From an uncultured bacterium (GTDB taxonomy: Bacteria; Vulcanimicrobiota; Vulcanimicrobiia; Vulcanimicrobiales; Vulcanimicrobiaceae): DNA of 64,000 nt. How positions within the stretch are numbered: position 1 is the stretch's first letter; every line of letters starts with the position of its first letter. The stretch covers positions 117,346 to 181,345 of the forward strand of contig CAZYLU010000002.1 in NCBI GenBank assembly GCA_964648945.1, given 5' to 3'. The notes below the pieces were generated by a model. The model searched no databases. It worked only from the letters and a program-made list of their open reading frames with translations, and was not told where the DNA came from. Positions 31,555 to 40,381 of the stretch are shown in pieces. Both the position numbers and the translations under genes were made by a program.

Positions 31555-32891
31555 TACGAGAGCAATGCGATGAACGCCGCAGTGATTTCGCGATCTTGAT
31601 CCGGCGATACCGTGCGCACGTCGAGCAGCACGCGTCCGTCGGCAATCCGCGCAACGATCGGCGTGCGCCACGAACGCAGCCGCGCAGCCAGTTCCTCGGC
31701 GTGCGGCGTTGCGATCGCGACGGCGAGCGACGGAATACGGGCGTGCGGCAGTGAACCGCCGCCGACAAACCCTTCCGTCTCCACGACTTTCGCGTTGATC
31801 ATCGTCTGCGCAAGACGCTCCGCGCGTTCACGCAACTCCTCGAGGCTCGTCCCGAGCATTCGCAGCAACGGAATAGAAGCGCGCGTTTGCTCCGAGCGGT
31901 AAAGACGCAACGTTTGGCCGAGCAGCGCAAGCGTCACCTTATCGACGCGCAACGCACGAATTAGCGGATTGCTGCGAAGGCGCGCGATCGCAGCGCGTTC
32001 GCCTGCAATGATTCCCGCCTGCGGCCCGCCGAGCAGCTTATCGCCGGAGAACGCAACGAGCGAAAGCCCGTCGGCGAGCGCTTCTTGCACCGTCCGCTCG
32101 TGCTGCAATCCATACTCGGCGAGATCGACCAGTGCTCCGGTTCCGAGATCTTCCGCGCTCGGAATGCCGGCGCGCCTCCCCAGTGCAGCGAGCTCTGCGC
32201 CCGAAACGTCGGCAATAAATCCGTCCATCGAGAAGTTCGAACGATGCGAACGAAACAGCAGCGCCGTGCGCGGCGTCAGCGCGCGTTCGTAATCGGCAAC
32301 ATAGACTTTGTTCGTCGCGCCGACTTCCACGAGGTGCGCGCCGCTGCGAGCCAGGACGTCCGGCAGCCGGAATCCGCCGCCGACTTCGATTAGCTGATTT
32401 CGGGCAACGATCACTTCCGCGCCACGCGCGAATGTATCGAGTATCAAGAGAATTGCCGCCGCACAGTTGTTGACGACGACCGCATCCTGGGCGCCGGTGA
32501 GTTCGCAAATAACCCGCGTCGCGCGGTCGTACCGGGAACCACGCTCACCCTCGACCAGGTCGTATTCCAGATTCGAATATCCGCGGCTGACGCTCCACGC
32601 ATGCGCGAAAGCCGGCTCGGCGAGGGGCGCGCGGCCGAGATTCGTGTGCAGCAACGTTCCTGTCGCATTGATGACGCCGCGCAACTCCGCCGCCGCGCGT
32701 GTCTCGATCCGCTGGGTGACGCGCTCGACGATCGATTCGAGCGGCGCATCTTCACGCTCGGCACGCACACGGTCGAGTTCCGCGGCAATCGCGTCGCGCA
32801 AAGCGACGCGCCCCACGACTAACTCGTAGGGCGCGATCGCCGGATGTTCTAACAAGATATGCACCGCGGGCACGCCGCGGAACACGTTCAC
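31554..32891 (-). CDS. selA: L-seryl-tRNA(Sec) selenium transferase SelA
   Basis: INATGTLLHTNLGRAPL and the PLP-lysine motif FSGDKLLGGPQAGII. 445 aa. Confidence 0.9.
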   Translation of the reverse strand: MNVFRGVPAVHILLEHPAIAPYELVVGRVALRDAIAAELDRVRAEREDAPLESIVERVTQRIETRAAAELRGVINATGTLLHTNLGRAPLAEPAFAHAWSVSRGYSNLEYDLVEGERGSRYDRATRVICELTGAQDAVVVNNCAAAILLILDTFARGAEVIVARNQLIEVGGGFRLPDVLARSGAHLVEVGATNKVYVADYERALTPRTALLFRSHRSNFSMDGFIADVSGAELAALGRRAGIPSAEDLGTGALVDLAEYGLQHERTVQEALADGLSLVAFSGDKLLGGPQAGIIAGERAAIARLRSNPLIRALRVDKVTLALLGQTLRLYRSEQTRASIPLLRMLGTSLEELRERAERLAQTMINAKVVETEGFVGGGSLPHARIPSLAVAIATPHAEELAARLRSWRTPIVARIADGRVLLDVRTVSPDQDREITAAFIALLS

Positions 32892-32900
32892 GCCGCTATC

Positions 32901-33227
32901 CTATGCGACGTGTTTTGCGAGCATCGACGAGATCACGTTCTCCGGAACGTAGCCCACGATGCGGTCGACCGGCTGGCCGTCCTTGAACAGAATCAGACAC
33001 GGAATGCCCGAAACCTGATACTGTCCCGCGATGCTCGGATTCTCGTCGGTGTTCAACTTCACGAACTTCGCCTTGCCCGTGTTCGCGGACGCGACCTTCT
33101 CAACGACGGGCGAGAGCATGCGGCACGGGCCACACCACGGTGCCCAAAAATCGACGAGCACCGGCTGGGCCGCTCCCAGCACCTCGTCCTGAAAATTTCC
33201 TTGCGTAACGTCTGGCAATGCGCTCAT
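32901..33227 (-). CDS. trxA: thioredoxin
   Basis: 108 aa with WAPWCGPCRM active site. Confidence 0.95.
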   Translation of the reverse strand: MSALPDVTQGNFQDEVLGAAQPVLVDFWAPWCGPCRMLSPVVEKVASANTGKAKFVKLNTDENPSIAGQYQVSGIPCLILFKDGQPVDRIVGYVPENVISSMLAKHVA

Positions 33228-33285
33228 GACTAGTTGAATACTACCTCCGTTGCATCAGACCCCTGGGCTAGGCGACTCGGTTGCA

Positions 33286-35787
33286 TCACTCGATCTCCGT
33301 CGGCTCGCCGGTGATTCCGGTCACCTGTTCGGCCTGTTTGCCGAGGTTGGTAATCGCTATCACCTCGTCGCCTTCGCCGAGCCGCTGCAAACGTACGCCC
33401 TTGGTGGAGCGCCCCGCTCTGCGGATATCGCTCACCTTTAGACGGATCACTTGGTTGCCGCTCGTGATCATCAAGAGTTGGTCGTCGGGTGCGACCATGA
33501 TCTGGTCGACGACTTGCCCGATGTCCTCGCGCTCGCGCGCAAAGGCCTTGACGCCCTTGCCGCCGCGCGAGGTATGGCGGTAATCCTCGATCGGCGTGCG
33601 CTTTCCGAACGCTTGCGACGTCACGAGAAGCACTTCTTTACGCTCCGGTTCGATGACGTCCATCGCGACGATCGTGTCGCCGTCTTCGAGCGTCATCGCC
33701 TTCACGCCGCGCGCGTTGCGCCCCATCGGACGCACGTCTTTCTCGTTGAAGTGCACCGCCATGCCTTGCGTCGATGCCAGGATGATGTCGCGCGTGCCGT
33801 CGGAGAGATCGACCGCGAGCAGTTCATCGGCGTCATCGAGATTGATGGCGTTGAGGCCGTTGCGACGCACGTTCGCGAACTCGGCGAGCGGCGTCTTCTT
33901 GATCACGCCTTGCTTGGTGACCATCACCATGAAGCTGCCGTTGACGAACTCGTGGATCGGGAACACCGCGGTGACTTGTTCGCCCGGCGGCAGCGTGAGC
34001 AGATTGACGAGTGCCGTACCGCGCGCCGTACGCGTGGTATCCGGAATCTCGTATCCACGCAAACGATACGCGCGTCCTTTGTTCGTGAAGAAGAGGACGT
34101 GATCGTGCGTCTTGGTCACGAAGAAGTTGCGCACCACGTCCTCGCGCTTGAGGTTCGCGATGCCCGTGACGCCGCGTCCGCCGCGGTTCTGCGTTCGGAA
34201 CGTGTCGATCGAGACGCGCTTGATGTAGCCGCCGACCGTGTACGTCACGACGACGTCGACGTTCGGGACGAGCTGCTCCATCGAGATCTCGTCTTCGGCC
34301 GGATGCACTTCCGTGCGGCGGTCGTCGCCGAAGCGCTTCTTGAGATCGAGCGTTTCCGTCTTGACGATGCCGGCGATACGACGCGGGCTCTTGAGAATGT
34401 CTTGCAGCTCCGCGATCGTCTTGATCAGCTCCGCGTACTCATCTTCGATCTTCTGCCGTTCGAGGCCGACGAGCGTACGCAGACGCATATCGACGATCGC
34501 TTGCGCTTGAATATCGGAGAGCCCGAAACGCGACGAGAGCTTCGTTTTTGCTTCGTCGGTCGTTTGGCTGCCGCGCACGATCTCGATGACTTCATCGATG
34601 TTATCGAGCGCAATGCGGTAGCCTTCGAGCAGATGCGCGCGCTCTTCCGCTTTACGCAAATCGTACCGCGTGCGCCGCGTGACGACGTCTTTGCGATAGA
34701 CGATGAAATGCTCGAGTAGCTGTTTGAGCGTGAGCACTTGCGGCTCGAGCGCGACCGATCCGTCGGGACGCGGTTCACCGACCGGTACCAGCGCGAGCAT
34801 GTTGAAGCCGAAGCTCGACTGGAGCGGCGTGTGCTTGAAGAGCTGATTGAGCACGACCTTCGGCGTCGCGCTCTTCTGAAGCTCGACGACGACCCGCATA
34901 CCTTTGCGATTTGACTCGTCGTGCAGCGCGGAGATGCCTTGAATGCGTTTCTCGGCGTGCGCTTCCGCGATCGCTTCCACGATGCGGCTCTTGTACACCT
35001 GATACGGAATCTCGGTGATGACGATGCGATGACGGCCGCGGTCTTCGACGATTTCCGCCTTGCCGCGCATCGTGATCGAACCGCGTCCGGTCTTATACGC
35101 TTCGCGGATTGCTTCCGTTCCGAGAATCTCACCGCCGGTCGGAAAATCAGGGCCTTTGACGATGTCGCACAATTCGTCATCCGTTGCATTCGGATTGTCG
35201 ATCAGCAACGCAACTGCATCGGCAATCTCGCTCAAGTTGTGCGGCGGAATGTTCGTGGCCATCCCGACGGCGATGCCGCTCGAACCGTTGACGAGCAACT
35301 GCGGCAGCTTGCCGGGCAGAACGGTCGGCTCTGTCCCTTGGTTGTCGAAGTTTGCGACGAACGGAACCGTCTCTTTTTCGATGTCGGTTAGGAGCTCGAG
35401 CGAAAGCCGACCGAGACGCGCTTCCGTATAACGGTACGCGGCCGGCGGATCGGGGTCGATCGAGCCGAAGTTGCCGTGACCATCGACGAGCGGATACCGC
35501 AGCGTGAAGTCCTGCGCCATGCGCACGAGCGCGTCGTACACCGAGCTGTCACCGTGCGGGTGATAGGACTTGAGAACTTCGCCGATGATACCCGCGCATT
35601 TACGGTGCTGCTTTGTGGGGTCCATCCCCATATCGCGCATCGCGTAAAGGATGCGCCGCTGCACAGGCTTGAGACCGTCGCGCACGTCGGGAAGTGCGCG
35701 CGAGGCGATGACGGACATGGCATAGGAGAGATAGCTCTCCCGCATCTCGTCTTCGACGTTTACTTGTTGGACGATATCGTTGTTCAA
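33286..35787 (-). CDS. gyrA: DNA gyrase subunit A
   Basis: SYLSYAMSVIASRALPDVRDGLKPVQRRILYAM, catalytic region AAYRYTEARL, C-terminal beta-pinwheel repeats. 833 aa. Confidence 0.97.
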   Translation of the reverse strand: MNNDIVQQVNVEDEMRESYLSYAMSVIASRALPDVRDGLKPVQRRILYAMRDMGMDPTKQHRKCAGIIGEVLKSYHPHGDSSVYDALVRMAQDFTLRYPLVDGHGNFGSIDPDPPAAYRYTEARLGRLSLELLTDIEKETVPFVANFDNQGTEPTVLPGKLPQLLVNGSSGIAVGMATNIPPHNLSEIADAVALLIDNPNATDDELCDIVKGPDFPTGGEILGTEAIREAYKTGRGSITMRGKAEIVEDRGRHRIVITEIPYQVYKSRIVEAIAEAHAEKRIQGISALHDESNRKGMRVVVELQKSATPKVVLNQLFKHTPLQSSFGFNMLALVPVGEPRPDGSVALEPQVLTLKQLLEHFIVYRKDVVTRRTRYDLRKAEERAHLLEGYRIALDNIDEVIEIVRGSQTTDEAKTKLSSRFGLSDIQAQAIVDMRLRTLVGLERQKIEDEYAELIKTIAELQDILKSPRRIAGIVKTETLDLKKRFGDDRRTEVHPAEDEISMEQLVPNVDVVVTYTVGGYIKRVSIDTFRTQNRGGRGVTGIANLKREDVVRNFFVTKTHDHVLFFTNKGRAYRLRGYEIPDTTRTARGTALVNLLTLPPGEQVTAVFPIHEFVNGSFMVMVTKQGVIKKTPLAEFANVRRNGLNAINLDDADELLAVDLSDGTRDIILASTQGMAVHFNEKDVRPMGRNARGVKAMTLEDGDTIVAMDVIEPERKEVLLVTSQAFGKRTPIEDYRHTSRGGKGVKAFAREREDIGQVVDQIMVAPDDQLLMITSGNQVIRLKVSDIRRAGRSTKGVRLQRLGEGDEVIAITNLGKQAEQVTGITGEPTEIE

Positions 35788-35855
35788 TTTGCTTCGCTAG
35801 ACACAAAGAATGAGGGCCAAGAATCGGCCCCCGCTTTCTTTAATATATACGCCGT

Positions 35856-36215
35856 CTAGGGCGCGTCTTCCCACACGGGAATGCCTTCGTCGTCGACGCC
35901 TTCTGCCGAAAAGTTGTCGTCGAAGGAGATCGCTCCGTCGGGCAGGGGTTCAGCCGGGCGCGCGAGCGCCGAGGCAAATGTGTCGTCCTCGGGCGGAAGC
36001 GGCGCCTCATCAAAGACCGGTTCGTCGGCGAAAAAGTTTACGGCCGGGCGCGGCGTGGATGGCGGAAGGTCGGCGACGACGGGAGCCGCCGCAGCGCCGG
36101 CGTTCGGAATCGTCTCACCGATACGTGCCTTAGCCGCCTTTGCCGCGTTATGCACTAGCGCAATCGAATCGGCAACGGACTGACGGAGTTCTGCTGCGAA
36201 ATCGCTGCTCGACAT
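35856..36215 (-). CDS. hypothetical acidic, Pro/Ala-rich protein (119 aa)
   Basis: ORF with plausible N-terminal helix MSSSDFAAELRQSVADSIALV and a disordered acidic tail. No motif. Confidence 0.45.
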   Translation of the reverse strand: MSSSDFAAELRQSVADSIALVHNAAKAAKARIGETIPNAGAAAAPVVADLPPSTPRPAVNFFADEPVFDEAPLPPEDDTFASALARPAEPLPDGAISFDDNFSAEGVDDEGIPVWEDAP

Positions 36216-36645
36216 GTCCCAGAGATTCGCCGTACCTAGCGAGCAGACTTTCGAAAGCCAGGATGCGTTCGAAAATTTTGCGCGTGAATTCGCCGCAACG
36301 CTGCAGCCGGGCGATGTCGTTGCGCTTTCAGGCGAACTGGGCGCCGGAAAGACAACGTTTGTGCGCGCGGCGGTGCGCGCGCGGCATGGAGAAGATCAAA
36401 CGTCGAGTCCTACCTTTACGTTCTGGCATCGGTATCATGGAGAACCGCCGATCGACCATCTCGACCTCTATCGCATCGAGGATCCGGCGGAACTCACGGA
36501 ACTCGGCCTCGACGAGGCGTTCGACGGCCGTTCGATCGTCTTCATCGAGTGGTGGACGCACGCGCCGCAACTGTTGCCGCAGCACCGGTACGAAGTCACG
36601 ATCGCCGGCGCCGGCGATGCTCCGCGCACGGTTCGCGTTCAATGA
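36214..36645 (+). CDS. tsaE: tRNA t6A37 biosynthesis ATPase TsaE
   Basis: P-loop VALSGELGAGKTTFVR, HLDLYR motif. 143 aa. Confidence 0.85.
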   Translation: MSQRFAVPSEQTFESQDAFENFAREFAATLQPGDVVALSGELGAGKTTFVRAAVRARHGEDQTSSPTFTFWHRYHGEPPIDHLDLYRIEDPAELTELGLDEAFDGRSIVFIEWWTHAPQLLPQHRYEVTIAGAGDAPRTVRVQ

Positions 36646-37313
36646 TCGTTCTCGGCCTCGAAGGTGCGCTCGGCGGATTCTCGGCGAGCATCGCCGTCGA
36701 CGAAGAGATCGCCGCATCGGTGTCGGTTGAGGGAAACGTTGCGCTCGAAGCCGGCCTCGGCGCCGTGCGTGAGGCGCTCGACGCCGCTGCGTTCGACGCG
36801 GCACAGTTGGATCGGATTGCCGTCGGCGTCGGTCCGGGCGGGTTTACCGGATTGCGCATTACGATCGCCTACGCAAAGTCGCTTGCGCAGGCGTGGCACG
36901 TTCCACTCGCCGGAATCACGTCGTTCGATGCGCTCGAATTCCGTCATGATTTCGAGCGCGTGCTCACCGTCGTGGTCGGGCGGCCCGGAATCATCTCCGC
37001 GCGGTATCGCGAAGGCGGAACGGAGCGGCGAGGCTCGGGTAAAGCAAGCGATGTCCTCGCCGGGATCTTGCCGCCGCCCGATGCCGCGCCGCTGCCAGTT
37101 CTCGGCGCCCCGGAGGACGTATTCGCGTACCTCGCCGAAGGCGGTTTTATCTTGGACCCGCGCTTGCCGCTCGTTACGCCACCAGCTGCCGCCGTTGCGC
37201 TTGCAGGCATGCATGCGCGCGCCGCCGCGAGCATTCACGAAGTCCGCGCCGATTACGGAGAAGCACCCGCCGCGAAAGTTCCGGTGTTTAAACCAACGGA
37301 ACGAAAACGATGA
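36642..37313 (+). CDS. tsaB: tRNA t6A37 biosynthesis protein TsaB
   Basis: MIVLGLEGALGG..., GVGPGGFTGLRITIAYAKSLA. ATG 36642 overlaps the tsaE stop (ATGA). Confidence 0.85.
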   Translation: MIVLGLEGALGGFSASIAVDEEIAASVSVEGNVALEAGLGAVREALDAAAFDAAQLDRIAVGVGPGGFTGLRITIAYAKSLAQAWHVPLAGITSFDALEFRHDFERVLTVVVGRPGIISARYREGGTERRGSGKASDVLAGILPPPDAAPLPVLGAPEDVFAYLAEGGFILDPRLPLVTPPAAAVALAGMHARAAASIHEVRADYGEAPAAKVPVFKPTERKR

Positions 37314-37846
37314 AAGCCGATCTTACTCCGTCCGCCGCCGGCACGCCGGAACGCATGGATATCGCGCCGATGACGGCGAGCGATATCAACGAAGTGCTGC
37401 GAATCGAACGCGCGTCGTTTTCAACGACGTGGCCGTCGGATGCGTTCTACAACGAGCTCACGACAAATAAACTCGCGCATTACTACGTAGGGCGTATCGA
37501 AGGCAAGATCGTTGCGTATGGCGGCATCTGGGTGATTTTTGAAGACTCGCACGTCACGACGATCGCCGTCGATCCGGCGTTTCGCGGGAAGAAATTCGGC
37601 GAAGTGATGCTACTCAAACTCATCGATGAAGCGATCGCGCGCGGCGCAGCGTGGATGACGCTCGAAGTGCGCGAGAGCAACGTCGCCGCGCAGCAGCTCT
37701 ACCGCAAGTACGGATTCACGACCGTGACGACCCGCAAAGGTTATTACAGCGATAACAACGAGAACGCGCTCGTCATGTGGGCCGGCAATTTGAAAGGCGA
37801 CTTGTACCGCGCGCGCCTTTCCGCTCTGCGCGTGCGATTCCAATAG
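37310..37846 (+). CDS. rimI: ribosomal-protein-alanine N-acetyltransferase RimI
   Basis: GNAT core IAVDPAFRGKKFGEVMLLKLIDEA...LEVRESNVAAQQLYRKYGF. Overlaps the tsaB stop. Classical tsaB-rimI context. Confidence 0.8.
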   Translation: MKADLTPSAAGTPERMDIAPMTASDINEVLRIERASFSTTWPSDAFYNELTTNKLAHYYVGRIEGKIVAYGGIWVIFEDSHVTTIAVDPAFRGKKFGEVMLLKLIDEAIARGAAWMTLEVRESNVAAQQLYRKYGFTTVTTRKGYYSDNNENALVMWAGNLKGDLYRARLSALRVRFQ

Positions 37847-38472
37847 CGGAGACACGTCTGCACTTCACCGCTCTCGCGCGACGCGTTCGCCAACATCTCG
37901 GACAAGGTCATCGGTACGAACATGTCGTGCGCGTCGCGCGATGCGCGGATGTTCTTGCGCAACTGCACGGCTTGGACGCGCGAAAAGCGCGCCTTGCAGG
38001 GATGTTACACGATCTCGCGCGGTTGTATTCCGCGGAGCGGTTGATCGACGAGTGTGAACTGCGCGGCATGCCGATCGATACGTTCGAACGCGAGAATCCA
38101 ATCGTGCTTCACGCGCGGCTCGGCGCCGCGATCGCGCAGGAGACGTTCGGCGTGCACGATTCGGACGTGCTCTCGGCGATCGAAAAGCATACGGTCGGCG
38201 CGGCAGAAATGTCGCCGCTCGATTGCGTGCTATACCTCGCCGACGGTCTGGAACCGGGACGTACGTTCACGGAACGCGCGGCGCTGTGGGGGCTGGCATG
38301 CACGGATTTGCGAGCGGCGATGCGAGCAACGATCGCGCATTCTTTAGGGTATTTGGAACGGCAGGGGATTCCAGCCGCACCGCAGACACTAGCAGCCGCC
38401 AAGACGTATGGGCTTGCGTCGAACGCGCAAACCCGCGGCTGGGCAGAGGGGGTTCCGACATCGCTGAACTGA
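37777..38472 (+). CDS. yqeK: HD-domain bis(5'-nucleosyl)-tetraphosphatase YqeK
   Basis: HRYEHVVRVARCA, MLHDLAR, EKHTVGAAEMSPLDCVLYLADGLEPGR. The start is uncertain because the track ORF overlaps rimI by 70 nt. Confidence 0.75.
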   Translation: MGRQFERRLVPRAPFRSARAIPIAETRLHFTALARRVRQHLGQGHRYEHVVRVARCADVLAQLHGLDARKARLAGMLHDLARLYSAERLIDECELRGMPIDTFERENPIVLHARLGAAIAQETFGVHDSDVLSAIEKHTVGAAEMSPLDCVLYLADGLEPGRTFTERAALWGLACTDLRAAMRATIAHSLGYLERQGIPAAPQTLAAAKTYGLASNAQTRGWAEGVPTSLN

Positions 38473-38801
38473 TCGACGTCGTCCGCGACGCCGCTCTCGA
38501 TCGCAAGGGCGAAGATTTTACGACAATTGACGTCAGTGGACGGACGATTCTTGCGGATACATTTGCGCTTATCACGGGACGATCGAAGATTCAAACGCGA
38601 GCGATTGCCGACGCAGTCGTCGAGCGCGCCGAAACCGAGGGCTTCCGCGTCACGCGCGTCGAGGGCTACAATGAAGGCACGTGGATTCTCATCGATCTCG
38701 GACACGTGATCGTCCACGTTTTTACCGCGGATCAGCGCCAGTTCTACAACCTCGAACGGCTGTGGAGCGAAGTCGAAAAGCGCCAGGCGCAATCCTCATG
38801 A
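38439..38801 (+). CDS. rsfS: ribosome silencing factor RsfS; start codon unresolved
   Basis: LIDVVRDAALDRKGEDFTTIDVSGRTILADTFALITGRSKIQTRAIADAVVE...WILIDLGHVIVHVFTADQRQFYNLERLW. There is no ATG, GTG or TTG in frame between 38298 and the conserved domain. CTG 38439 is given as a nominal start; the track ORF starts at 38223. Confidence 0.75.
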   Translation: MGRGGSDIAELIDVVRDAALDRKGEDFTTIDVSGRTILADTFALITGRSKIQTRAIADAVVERAETEGFRVTRVEGYNEGTWILIDLGHVIVHVFTADQRQFYNLERLWSEVEKRQAQSS

Positions 38802-38938
38802 ACAAGCGTTCGCGCACCGAGTACCGCCCCAAGCCTTCCGTCGCCGAGTTTTGGAAGCGGGTGGCTATCTGGATCTTCATCTTCCTCTTTATCTTCAGCG
38901 TCGCCGGCGGCGTCATCGCATTCAGCGTGAGCCGCTGA
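38798..38938 (+). CDS. small membrane protein (46 aa)
   Basis: ATG overlaps the rsfS stop (ATGA). Single TM helix VAIWIFIFLFIFSVAGGVIAF. Confidence 0.5.
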   Translation: MNKRSRTEYRPKPSVAEFWKRVAIWIFIFLFIFSVAGGVIAFSVSR

Positions 38939-38991
38939 AACTCCGGAGCGGTCCCCGCGATACTAGTCCTCGGAGGTCAAGGAACAACAGT

Positions 38992-40047
38992 ATGAAACGA
39001 TTGGCCGCAGTGGTCGCCATCGTGCTCGCCGTGACGGCGAACGCACTGCCGGCGCTCGCCGCACAGTACGTCCAAGATGGCGCGAGCATGTTCTCCGCCG
39101 CGACCGTCTCGCAATTGAATCAAGAGATCGGCAACTTCAATGCGCAGACAGGCAAGGAAATCGTTGTCGTCACGGTCCCTTCGCTCAACGGGGAGACGGT
39201 GCAGAATGCCGCGCAGACCGTATTTAGCGAACAGCGCATCAACGGTGTCCTGATTTTCATTGCGAAAAACGAGCGAAAAGACATCATCGTCCCGGGCCGC
39301 GCCACGGCGCAATTCTTTCCGGCGTCGACGACGGCGTCGATTCGTCAGCAGATGGAATCGTCGTTCCGTAACGGTGATTTCGACGGCGGCATCACAACGG
39401 CCGTGAGTTCAATTCTCGACGTGTTCCGTTCGCATCTCAATAGCGCACCGGGCAATGCCACCGCGTATGGACGCAATTATCCCGCGCCATATAATCAGCA
39501 ACGCCCCGTCGCAACGAGGACTGGAGTACATATCTCAATGTTTTGGTGGATCATTCTGATCGTGATCGGGTTCTTGGTAATCCGGTCGATCTTCCGCGCA
39601 ATGTCGGGACCGCGCTATTACGGCGGACCTGGCGGACCAATGGGCGGCGGACCCGGCTATGGTCCCGGACCCGGCTACGGCGGACCGGGCTACGGCGGAT
39701 ACGGCGGCGGATTCGGCGGCGGCGGAGGCGGCTTCTGGAGCGGAATGCTCGGCGGCCTCGGCGGTGCGTTTCTCGGAAACGAACTCTTCAATCGCGGCGG
39801 CGGCGGCGGGACGTACATTGATCCGAACGTTGCAGGCGGCGGCGTTGCGCCCGGCGATCAAGGCGGTGGCTGGGGCGGAAACGCGCCGGATGCCGGCGGC
39901 TGGGGCAATGACGCGGGTCAAGCCGATATGGGTTCGTCGAGTTCCGGTGACTTCGGCGGCGGCGGATTCGGCGGCGGCGATTTCGGCGGCGGAGGCGGTG
40001 GTGACTTCGGCGGCGGAGGCGGCGGCGATTCCGGCGGCGGCTGGTAA
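38992..40047 (+). CDS. TPM-domain (YgcG-like) protein with a TM helix and Gly-rich C-terminal tail
   Basis: Signal MKRLAAVVAIVLAVTANALPALA. TPM-like YVQDGASMFSAATVSQLNQEIGNFNAQTGKEIVVVTVPSL. TM helix FWWIILIVIGFLVI. The tail is GGPGYG/GGGDFGGG repeats. Confidence 0.75.
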   Translation: MKRLAAVVAIVLAVTANALPALAAQYVQDGASMFSAATVSQLNQEIGNFNAQTGKEIVVVTVPSLNGETVQNAAQTVFSEQRINGVLIFIAKNERKDIIVPGRATAQFFPASTTASIRQQMESSFRNGDFDGGITTAVSSILDVFRSHLNSAPGNATAYGRNYPAPYNQQRPVATRTGVHISMFWWIILIVIGFLVIRSIFRAMSGPRYYGGPGGPMGGGPGYGPGPGYGGPGYGGYGGGFGGGGGGFWSGMLGGLGGAFLGNELFNRGGGGGTYIDPNVAGGGVAPGDQGGGWGGNAPDAGGWGNDAGQADMGSSSSGDFGGGGFGGGDFGGGGGGDFGGGGGGDSGGGW

Positions 40048-40053
40048 ACCACT

Positions 40054-40183
40054 GTCATCCCGAGCGTAGGTGCATAGCACCGGAGTCGAAGGATCGTTGC
40101 GAATCAAAGGCCCGTCGATGCGTTTCGGCGGGCTTTTAGTTTGAGACGATCTTTCGACTCCGCTGCGCTTCGCTCAGGATGAC
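40054..40183. repeat. REP-like palindromic element, full copy with inserted central hairpin
   Basis: GTCATCCCGAGCGTAGGTGCATAGCACCGGAGTCGAAGGATCG ... GATCTTTCGACTCCGCTGCGCTTCGCTCAGGATGAC. Begins 6 nt after the TPM gene stop. Confidence 0.8.
40110..40140 (+). terminator. rho-independent terminator nested in the REP copy
   Basis: GCCCGTCGA-TGCGTT-TCGGCGGGC (9-bp stem with one G-U pair) followed by TTTTAGTTT. Confidence 0.6.
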
Positions 40184-40381
40184 ACTGACACACGCATTCA
40201 TTGCGCGCGAAACCGAGCAACGACACGCCTACGTTCGTCCCGCTGCAATGGTCCTAAGTTATGAGTCCATTAACTGTATCAATCCAGAAAACCGGACGTT
40301 ACACTCGGCGCAGGGTGACATCGTGTAGCTCCTAGCAGCTCGCTAGGTTGCGCTTTTGCCAAGTAAACCGGTTGGGGACCT

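Noticed and set aside
33451-35391. ORFs of 422, 254 and 156 aa overlapping gyrA on either strand
   Set aside because: Shadow or out-of-frame ORFs within a clearly intact GyrA gene, with low-complexity Arg/Ser-rich translations.
39600-40040. Highly repetitive GGC-rich DNA that might be a tandem repeat or array
   Set aside because: It is in frame within the TPM-domain gene and encodes a Gly-rich low-complexity tail (GGPGYG, GGGDFGGG). There is no spacer-repeat periodicity.
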